Shown one piece after another: positions 54,823-64,000 of a DNA stretch of 64,000 nt. Position 1 is the first letter of the stretch, and each line of letters opens with the position of its first letter. A program made the position numbers and the translations under genes. This DNA comes from Octopus sinensis. Taxonomy: Eukaryota. Under the pieces are notes generated by a model. It was not told where the DNA came from. It saw only the letters and a program-made list of their open reading frames with translations, and did no database searches. The stretch is from contig NC_042999.1 in the NCBI RefSeq assembly GCF_006345805.1, positions 124,930,001 through 124,994,000 on the forward strand. Direction: 5' to 3'.

Positions 54823-54907
54823 AACATTTACAGCTGTTTCAGTTTGTTATTTTTGAGGTAAACTTGCGTTTATCTTGTTCCATGTAACAAACATTATCAG
54901 AATGATT
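54823..54907 (-). ncRNA. Type I hammerhead ribozyme motif (G8A variant)
   Basis: CATT-CTGATAA-[T GTTTGTTA...TAACAAAC T]-GAAA-CAGCTG-TA-AATG. Confidence 0.6.
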
Positions 54908-55131
54908 TAAACTTTACCAGAGGAATATTGACAGGAGATTGAAGGTTGACTGGAGGGAAAAGGAAAAAAGAAAAGGAAACGAAAAATAAGAAAAAAGGAA
55001 AAAAATTATAAATTGAAACAGCTGTAAATGTTATCTTAACCATAATTAAACTATGATCATTCACTACTAAAGATCAACTTCTAATTGTTACATGTTGCTC
55101 CATTTCTTTCCTTCTCTCTCTCTCTCTCTCA

Positions 55132-55165
<34 letters not shown>

Positions 55166-55169
<4 letters not shown>

Positions 55170-56809
55170 ACCTCATCTCGTCCTCCCGTCTCCCCCGCAC
55201 CGCATCCAACCTAATTGTGCGAACCCCACGTACCCCCACCATTTACTTCCTCCCCAAAATCCACAAACCCAACAACCCTGGCCGCCCCATCGTCTCCGCC
55301 TGTAACTGCCCCACGGAGCTCATCTCTAAATACCTCGACCGTGTCCTTGCCCCCCTAGTGGCATCTCTTCCCTCCCACATCCACGATACCAACCATGCTC
55401 TCCGGCTTTTCAACTCTTTCTCCTTTCCTCCCGGCTCCTCCAAAATCCTTTTTACTATGGACATCCAAAGCCTCTATACTGTTATCCCTCACCACGAAGG
55501 ACTGCAGGCCCTTCGACACTTTCTTGACCTCCGCTCTAACCCTGTACCTGACACCTCCACACTCATTCGTCTGGCCGAACTTGTCCTTACTCTGAACTGC
55601 TTCTCGTTCGCGGGCGAGTTCTACCATCAGGTCTCGGGAGTGGCCATGGGAACGCGAATGGGCCCCAACTATGCGAACCTGTTCGTTGGCTATGTTGAGG
55701 CCCAAATATTCTCTAATTTCACTGGTCCCACTCCTGAACTATATGGTCGTTATATTGACGACATTATCGGTGCCACCTCACTCTCCCGCGAACATCTAGA
55801 TTCCTTCCTCTCTTTCGTCCAATCTTTCCATCCAGCCCTCCACTTCACTTCCACTATCTCCAACACCTCTGTCTCCTTCCTCGACATTTCGATTAGCATT
55901 CTTCACTCCACTCTTACCACCTCCATTCACTACAAACACACAGACTCACACTCATACCTCAACTTCTCTTCCTCCCACCCAGAACACACCAAGCTTTCCA
56001 TCCCCTATTCCCAATTCCTCCGTCTACGTAGGCTCTGTAGTGACGACCATGACTTTGAGACTCAGTCTCAACGTATGGCTCACCACTTCACCCTACGTGG
56101 ATACCCCCTCACCACTATCCACACCGCCCTTGCCAGAGCACGGTCCGTGGACCGTGTATCTGCTCTCTCTCCCCGAACCCGCCCTGTAGTCTCCCGCCTC
56201 CCTTTTCCCCTCACTTACCACCCCACGACCCTACGTCTCCAACGCACCATTCTTCGAGCGTTCCGTCATCTCCAGTCCGACCCGTCCACTTCACACCTCT
56301 TCCCTAACCGACCCCTCCCCTCTTTCAAACGAGCCCACAACCTTCGAGACCTTTTGGTCCATAGCTCCTTCCCTGACCCTACCTCCAAACCCGGCTCGTT
56401 CCCCTGCTCCCGCCCACGTTGCCGCACTTGCCCTTACCTCTCCAACACCACCCGCCTCACTAGCACCCACCATCGACCCTATCCCATCATCCACTCCTTC
56501 ACCTGCACCTCCAGCAATATTATCTATTGCATCTCTTGCTCTCTCTGCAATTCCTTGTACATCGGACAAACGGGACGCCGCTTGGCTGACCAGTTCGCGG
56601 AACACCTTCGTGACATCCACCTTGCGAACGACACACCGGTCTCACGCCATTTCCGCTCCACCGGTCACTCCTTGCAACACCTATCTGTGTTCGGTTTGTC
56701 CTTACACAGAGGCCATCCGGATTCCCGTTTGCGCCGTGAACAGGAATTAATCTTCTCTCTTCGCTCTTATACGCCATTTGGTCTCAACTCTCCCCCCCTC
56801 CTCATCTAA
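55166..56809 (+). mobile_element. Penelope-like element ORF (RT + GIY-YIG endonuclease), 5'-truncated
   Basis: LPKIHKP..PGRPIVS, GVAMGTRMGP, RYIDD, CSRPRCRTC linker, IIYCISC...YIGQTGR and PFGLN motifs; ~548 codons without a stop. Confidence 0.93.
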
Positions 56810-57120
56810 CCCCCCTCTCCCCCCTCCTCACCTATCCTTTCTCCCCCCGACCCCTACTTCTTCAGTCCTTCATCCTTTCACCCCTACACCCCTACTCCCT
56901 TTCCCTTCTTCCCTCTTTCTCCCTCCCTCTTCCCCTTCCCTCTGCTCCCTCACTCCCTCTCTCCCCTTCTCTCTCCCCCTCTCCCTCTTTCCTCCTTCAT
57001 CCCCCTCCTCCCCTTCCTTCTCCCCCATCCTCTCCTCTTCCCCCTTCTCCTCCCCCTCTTCTCCCCCTTCTCTCCCCCTCCCCCTCTTCTCCCCCTCCCC
57101 CTCTTCTCCCCCTCCCCTCT
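56810..57120 (+). repeat. C/T-rich low-complexity tract (PLE 3' UTR-like)
   Basis: Pyrimidine-dominated (CCCT/CTT) sequence directly after the PLE stop. Confidence 0.8.
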
Positions 57121-58630
57121 TCGTAATGTCCCTAAATCTCTGTCCATTTGCAGGATCTTTAAGCTTCCAGATCCTTCTTCTCCATATTTGTCGTCTTCTG
57201 GTTGTCCTCCTAGTCCTGATCCTAAAGTCACTAACTACCAGTCTATGTTGTGGGGTACATTCTTCACCTGTGAAGGTTTTGGCATTTATAGCAGCCATCT
57301 CTCCCTTTGCCTTGTAAGGATGTAGTCAATTTGGCTGGTATGTTGGCCCGATTGGTAAGTGACTAGGTGGCTGGTAGGTTTCCTGAAGTTAGTGTTGCAA
57401 ATCATAAGATTATTTGCATCGCAGAACTCCAGCAGCCTGGTTCCCTCCTCGTTGCGGGAGCCATAGCCATAGCCTCCATGTACGCCATGGAAGCCCCCAG
57501 CATGTCGTCCAACGTGACCATTGAAGTCACCAGCCACAAAGATAAGGTCTCTGTCGTTCGTCAATGAGGTAGTCTGCAGTAGAGTGTCATAAAATCGGTC
57601 TTTCTGTCCATCGGGTAGCCCCGACTGAGGAGCATAGGCTGATATAATGGTTGCTAAACTATGATGAAGCACTAATCTAATCTTAAGTATTCTGTCACTT
57701 ACTCTGATTACCTCAATTACTTTATCTACCCATTTCTCATCGATAAGTATACCCACGCCACCAACCCCATCAGTGTTCCCTGCCCAGAAAATCTTGTACC
57801 TGCGTTCCTTGCCTGTGAGGAACCTAGCTGATCCTCCTCTCCACCTTATTTCTTGCATGCAACATATATCCACACATCTCCGTTCAAGCATCTCGACTAT
57901 CTCACCAGACCTACCTTTCAGAGTGCCAACGTTGAGGGTGCCAACCCTGAGGGTGTGGAAGGCATGGGCTCTAGAGACCCTGGGACGGTGGACAGTAGCT
58001 TCGTGTACCTGAAAAGAAAGCTCGCATTTGGCAGAATTCATGTGCAAGAAATGAAGTAGTAAAGTAGCCTTCAGTACAACCTGCATAACGCTAGCCTTTC
58101 ATATTTTGCACTGTATGAACATTACCTTACATAGGTCGAGACTAGGGGTAGGGAGGGGTAGGGATGGTGAGAGCATTTGCAGTCTTCATGGGAAGCAACC
58201 CCGGGATGGAAGAGAATAGGAACTTCCGGCATGCGTGGTGGGGGTGGGAGGGCGGGTGCACCGTAGCTGAGTAAAGAGGTTCTGTTAATCGTGAGCTAAC
58301 AAATGGGTTTGTATGAATCGGGAGACAATACTAAACGAAAAATTGAAAAATTGAAAAATTGAAAAATTGAAAAATCAGAGTGGCTATGAACCTGGAGACA
58401 AGTCTAAACGAAAAAAAAAATGTTTGAGCTAGACAGGGTAATGAGGGAATACTGAAAGAATGAGGGACAATACAATGAGATGGAAATTGAAGAATAGAGA
58501 AAGAATAAGGATAAGTGCAAGAAAGACGGTAGTCGTAGCGAGGTTGGACGATTCACTTAACTTTTAGCCATTCATGATTTGTGCGTATTCTTTAGATATT
58601 TTGAAGCGAGTGGGGTTAACGATAAATGCG
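57121..58630 (-). mobile_element. RTE LINE 5' part: 5' UTR and AP-endonuclease domain, frameshifted and 3'-truncated
   Basis: VGTLNVGTL, DICCMQEIRWRG, SAYAPQ, GDFNGHVG, SQIDYIL motifs; frameshift near 57295, then ECTPQHRLVV. Confidence 0.9.
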
Positions 58631-58636
58631 ATCGCT

Positions 58637-58674
<38 letters not shown>

Positions 58675-59345
58675 ATCATCATCATTGTTTAATTTCTGCT
58701 TTCCATGCTGGCATGGGTTACATTGTTTAAAATGAAGCTGGCAAACTGGGAGTTGTTGAGACTGCAACTGTCTGTTGTGGCATGGTTTCTATAGCTGGAT
58801 GCCCTTCCTAATGCCACCCACTTAACAGAGTATAGGTGCTTTTTACATGCTACCAGCATGGGTGCATTTATGCAGCACCAGCTCAGGTGCATTAATGCAC
58901 CACCAGTATGGGTGTGTTTATGTAGTACCAGCATGGGTGCATTTACAGAGCACCAGCACATTTGCTTTTTATGTGACACACCTGTGTGTGCGGAAGACGG
59001 CGATTTTACTTAGCTTGACATGTCTTATCAAGTACAGCGAATTGTCACATGTCCCAGTCTGCTGTCATTTTCTCAGTGATGCCCAGCGTCTGAAGATCCT
59101 TTTTTATCACTTTGTCTCATGTTTTCCTGAGTCTATCTCTTCCACTGGTACCCTCCAAAATTAGAGCTGTCCTTGGCCATATACATAACATGACCGTACC
59201 AGCACAGCCTTCTCTCTTGTACACAACATCTGATGCCTCTTATACCCAGTTTTCCTCTTAAATCATTTACACTCTGTCATGCATCCACCCTGACATTACC
59301 CATCTAGCAGAGCATGCTAGCTTCATTTCTTTCAAGCCACCTCCT
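58675..59345 (-). mobile_element. Old RTE LINE 3' fragment
   Basis: RRLCWYGHVM motif, 3' UTR motifs and (GAT)n tail. Confidence 0.7.
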
Positions 59346-59788
59346 AGATATATGTATATATATTGTATAATATTATATTATATATAGGTAGCATTATCAC
59401 CAACAACATCATTTTAACATCTTCTATTCTATGCATGTATGGGTCAGAAGGAATTTGCTGTGGCAGATTTTTCTGACTGGATGCCCTTCCTATTTCCAAC
59501 CCTCACCTGTTTGCAAGCAGATAATATTTTCCCTTAGTTAGACATATTTTTCACAGAAGACCAGAAACAAACAGCCTTGCTTGTATGATGATGATGATGA
59601 TGTTCATTTACAATTATCATGTGATGTTTACACAAGGGTACATGCACACACACACACACACTCGTATACATGCATACATATATGTATGTTTGTTTGTATG
59701 CATGTTTATATGTATGTATGTATAGCATTATGCATCTCATACTTGAAATAGATTCACCTACTTCTAAGTATGAGATACAATGTGTATG

Positions 59789-59864
<76 letters not shown>

Positions 59865-60249
59865 AAGGGTTAAATCACTAATCACTACATCAACTTAATT
59901 TCCTATAGATGCACTGTACCTTAAACAAAGACAAGATGATCACAGCTTTAATGTCATTGTTTATGGGTCCGCTGGTGTACGTTTGACCTAATTCTAAGCA
60001 ATAACAGCAACAACAACAACAACAACAGTAACCAGTTCATTGATTTGTACACTTGTATATCCAGTGTACAAATAACCAGTTCATATAAGCTAGGCTTGTT
60101 GCTTATTAATTTGTTTCTTCACTTTTTATTGTAGCTTTTTTTGCTGATATTATTTGATCTGTTGAGAAACCTGATTCTTTCAAGTCTCAACACTGTTCTA
60201 GGACATTTCCTGCACTTACTGACATGCACTCTTATATATATAATATATA

Positions 60250-61137
60250 CAGGGTGCGGTGAATAAACTGTCGGCTAAATTACGCAAAAATGAAAATAAC
60301 ACTGACATCTCATTTTAACAGATATATTTACCAAAATTACATCAACATTTCTTGAAATACTAAAGAGTAAATTTATTCAATAAAATCACCGCTGGCTTCA
60401 CCCACGGCATCCACACGACTTTGGAATCTGCTGCAACTTTTCTGGACGGTCTACTTGTATAAGTTGGTGAATGCTGCCGTAATTCTTGCCTTCAGTTCAT
60501 CTTTGGTGTTATAAGGAGTTTTGTTGGTCTCTCGCTCAACTGTGCCTCATACATAATAGTCAAGGAGGTTGCAGTCCGGGGAGTTAGGTGGCCAGATGTT
60601 AGGGGTGATGTGGTTGCAGTAATTGTCTGACAGCCATGACTGAGTTCTCCTGTTTGTGTGGCATGGTGCAGAGTCCTGTTGCCAGACATAGGTCTTCCAG
60701 CAGCCACCCTTTTGACCCAGGGCAGCACTACTGCCTCCAGGCACTTGATGTAGGCTTCCATGTTGAGTCTGAGGCCATGTGGAAAGATGAATGGAGGCAT
60801 AACGTCGCCATCACTAGTGATCACTCCAGACACCATAATGTTAGCTGGCTGTTTGATTTTTATCACTCTCAGTACATGTTTTGGGGACACAGCAAACACT
60901 CAGATTGACACCCAAACACTCTGAAATGTTTGTATTAGAGGGTTCTGGCATGAATGCCAAACTACAGCATGTCGTTTCCAAATTTCTGGCGGAGTGAATT
61001 GCATCATGGTGCTGTTTTTCTCACAGACAGTGCCCAACTAGCCCTACTATACTGTGTAGGTGACAAAATTAAAAACAAACAATGTGCATATGCAAAATTA
61101 AAAATATAAAATGATGACAATTTACTATCACACCCTG
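60250..61137 (-). mobile_element. maT (DD37D) Tc1/mariner-superfamily transposon, internally deleted
   Basis: TA-CAGGGTG termini; WQQDSAPCH...WPPNSPDCNLLDY with 37 residues between the two Asp. Confidence 0.85.
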
Positions 61138-61938
61138 TATATCATCATCATCATTTACCATCTGTTTTCCATGCTGGCATGGGTTGGACAGTTTGACAGG
61201 AGCTGGAGAGCTGCACCAGGTTCAGATTATTTGTTTTGGCATGGTTTCTATGGCTGGATGCCCTTCCTAATACCAACCACTTCACAGTTTGTACTCAATG
61301 CTTTTCATGTGACACCAGCACAGGTACTTTTAACATGGCACCAGCACTAGTGGGGATTACCAAGTAGCTTGCAAGATGAAGACCTCACAGCTGAAAGAGT
61401 GAATGGAACTGAAAGAAGCGGCTGCATGCCAGGCAAGAGGTTAGAGCATAATAGAGGAAAGAGGGATGGAGATAGTTGTCTTACTATAGAGAAGATACTT
61501 GGCTGGGAGGGGAATAAACATCTACTCTCTCACTTCACTTCTATAATACATATACATATATATATATTTACAGGAAATTAACTATATGGCCAGTCATAGA
61601 TTGAACAATAGTTTTGCATCCATAAAGCACTTAGTTCTACAGACGATTTGTTGAACTCCAGTGCCCTCAGCCATGCCCAATTAATTCAAATTAATTGGGC
61701 ATGGAAATGGCCGTAGGTTCTATAAGTTTGATATTGTTCGAAATTGAATTTGTTTCAATAATTTAATGTCTGCACATCAATTTCTGCATTTTCTTTTTCT
61801 TATACATAAATGGTAAAATACTCATATCCATCAATGTAAAGCTAACGTCTTTTAGTATCTCACTGATACACTGGATAAAACCGGGCAACTTGGATGCTGA
61901 TGTCCCTTTAAGAGGTATTTATATCCTTGAAATAATTA

Positions 61939-61987
<49 letters not shown>

Positions 61988-62298
61988 TTCCAATATATAT
62001 ATATATACATATATATATATATTGGAAATTAGTAAGGAATTTCTCAAAGTGTTTACTTGTTTGCTCACAGTTAGGTATTCAAAATAGGTTATTCAATGGT
62101 TAGTATATAAATCCAGTAATAATTCCTATATGATAAGAATTTAGAGATATACTCTGCTGGATTATTCTAAATATATTATCTTTAACCAAATAGGTTTCCT
62201 GGAGTGTTTAATATTAATTATGATAATTATAAGGATTATTACAAAGTAGCATTAGCATTACCTTTAATTAATTTTTACATATAAATACAACCTTAAAT

Positions 62299-62384
62299 AG
62301 ACCTACATATGTTTCTACTGTGTTTGTTTGTAACCGTTGGATTTGCAACCTTACTATAATACCAATGCAATTTCTTCAGGGTCT
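62299..62384 (-). ncRNA. Type I hammerhead ribozyme motif
   Basis: AGACC-CTGAAGA-(~57 nt)-GAAA-CATATG-TA-GGTCT: perfect stem I, intact core, palindromic stem III, GUA triplet. Confidence 0.7.
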
Positions 62385-62653
62385 TCACTTTAATATTCTT
62401 TGAGATTTAGCTGGTTAAATTTTATGTTGATTTTCTTTGCATTCAATGATGTGGAGTTGTACATTAATTTAAACATGAACTATCTTCAATTTCAAGTATT
62501 GACTAGATAATCACTTGTTTATTCCTTATAGTCAGTTATTTAAAAAAATTTCATTGTTTAAATATTTATGAGTCATTAATATAGAGCAAAGGTAAATTTT
62601 CTCACTTGCAAGCATCTTAAAGCTTGTTCCTGTCACAAAGAGTATTAAAGTGA

Positions 62654-62739
62654 AGACCCTGAAGAAACAGAACCAGTATTATAGTAAGGTTGCAATTGGA
62701 ATGGTTACTAACCGATGCACTAGAAACAAATGTAGATCT
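62654..62739 (+). ncRNA. Type I hammerhead ribozyme motif (inverted partner)
   Basis: AGACC-CTGAAGA-(~57 nt)-GAAA-CAAATG-TA-GATCT. Confidence 0.6.
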
Positions 62740-62798
62740 ATTTGATCCTGTAATTATATATGTATAAATTTATAAATGTGTATGTATGTATATGTATA

Positions 62799-63190
62799 CT
62801 AGCAGTATTGCCTGGCATTGCTCGGGTTTGTTTTGACCCTTTAGAATTGGAATTTTTGAAAAGTAAAAATTTTGCATTATGTAGCTTGTTATTCTCTTTA
62901 AGTGAACATTTTTCTGGTTGAAATACACCAAAAAATGGTGACCCAGCAGTCAAAAAATCGTAAAAAATAGAGATTTTCATAGAAAAAAAAGCACCTTTTT
63001 GATGTAAATAATTTTTGGTGTTAACATGGTCCAATTTGAATTTTTTTCTTCTACAGTAGGAAGAGCAAGCCTTCTTCTATCACACACTCAATTTTGGTCA
63101 ATTTGCGCCGCACGGTCTCGGAGGAGATAGTGTTAGTTGAAGGCTACCGAACCTGCCATACACAGACAACTTCAGCTTTATATATATATA
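62799..63190 (-). mobile_element. Non-autonomous Helitron
   Basis: On the - strand it begins ...ATATATAAAGCTGAAG and ends with a GC hairpin (cccgagcaatgccaggc) plus CTAG|T. Confidence 0.65.
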
Positions 63191-63192
63191 TA

Positions 63193-63426
63193 TAGGGTTG
63201 GCCAAAAGTGGCCCATCAGTAAATCAAAATTCCATAAATACTAATCTGTAATTCTGCATTGACTCAAATGGAAAAATGTGTCGTTCAAGAAGAACTTCAG
63301 TTTGAAAAATTTTCATGATGTTTCATATTTAGATGCTTTTATTAAATTCATTCAGTCGTTAAACATAAATAAATCTTGGAATTAAATGGCTTTGATTTAC
63401 TGTCAGGTGACTTTTGGCCAACCCTG
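63193..63426. mobile_element. Tc1-like MITE
   Basis: TIRs YAGGGTTGGCCAAAAGT...CAGTAAATCAAA with TA flanks. Confidence 0.8.
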
Positions 63427-64000
63427 TATACACACACACATAATAGTTATGACCATTTCTGTAAAATACAAGTAATAGTGGTATTGATTTGATAATCAGA
63501 GGCCATTTGGTTGCTAATATCAACAGTTCTGTGAATAGATCAAAAGAATCAGCAGCATACATCAACATCAATAACAAAAATCTTTCTGACTCTAACCTCT
63601 GTGATTTATAGGAACAGCTTTTCACTGAATGTGAGATTAAAAGGATATATGACTTATATGTGGGAGTGTCACTGTCACCATCAATATCACTACAGGAGGT
63701 ATCTTTACCAGTCACTGTTGTCGTTATTGTCCATCATCATCATCATCATCATCACCACCACCACAGTCATTATCTTTGTTGGCATCAGAGTCAAAACAGC
63801 TAGCAGTGGTGTTAAGAGAATCATTAACATTGTCTCTGCTGCCAACTCCACCACCCACCATACTTGACAACATGGGATATCGTCCTCATCATCATCATCA
63901 ATATTTAACATCCGTTTTCCATGTTGGCATGGGTTGGACTGCTTGGCAGGAGCTGCCAGGGCCAGAAGCCACTCCAAACTTCCTTGTCTGTTTTGGATTG

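Noticed and set aside
55085-55165. N-terminal extension (MLHVAPFLS...IYIYIY) of the 574-aa ORF
   Set aside because: Non-ATG start and translation of (TC)n(TA)n microsatellite; not part of the PLE protein.
56778-57317. Pro/Ser-rich and Gly/Glu/Arg-rich ORFs
   Set aside because: Translations of the low-complexity C/T tract.
58540-58640. HDV-like ribozyme at the RTE 5' end (GGCTAA motif, partial P2)
   Set aside because: P1/P3 pairings could not be completed by eye.

Overview
AT-rich eukaryotic genomic DNA, most likely an octopus (inferred from the SINE/RTE repeat families and microsatellite density). It holds the last two coding exons of TMEM94 (+ strand, stop at 2128-2130) facing a complete MIPEP gene (mitochondrial intermediate peptidase, - strand). 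MIPEP has 19 coding exons from 38556 to 6136 that I joined in phase by hand into 713 aa with a HEFGH zinc motif. Its probable non-coding first exon and promoter lie near 48.1-48.5 kb. The rest is dense transposon sequence: tRNA-derived SINEs, Nin/Deu-domain SINEs, RTE and CR1-type LINE pieces, mariner and maT (DD37D) remnants, MITEs, a Helitron and a young Penelope-like element (RT + GIY-YIG). The most unusual signal is a set of type I hammerhead-ribozyme motifs with palindromic stem III, arranged as divergent inverted pairs at about 41.5, 54.8-55.1 and 62.3-62.75 kb. One of these is a 175-bp insertion with a 12-bp target-site duplication that ends almost exactly at the predicted self-cleavage site. 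Together they suggest ribozyme-processed non-autonomous elements mobilised by Penelope-like retroelements. Other notable items are a possible spliceosomal intron in an RTE LINE, a 32-bp hairpin, a foldback element carrying TTAGGG repeats, and a possible unidentified divergent + strand gene. All calls are by eye, and repeat boundaries are approximate.
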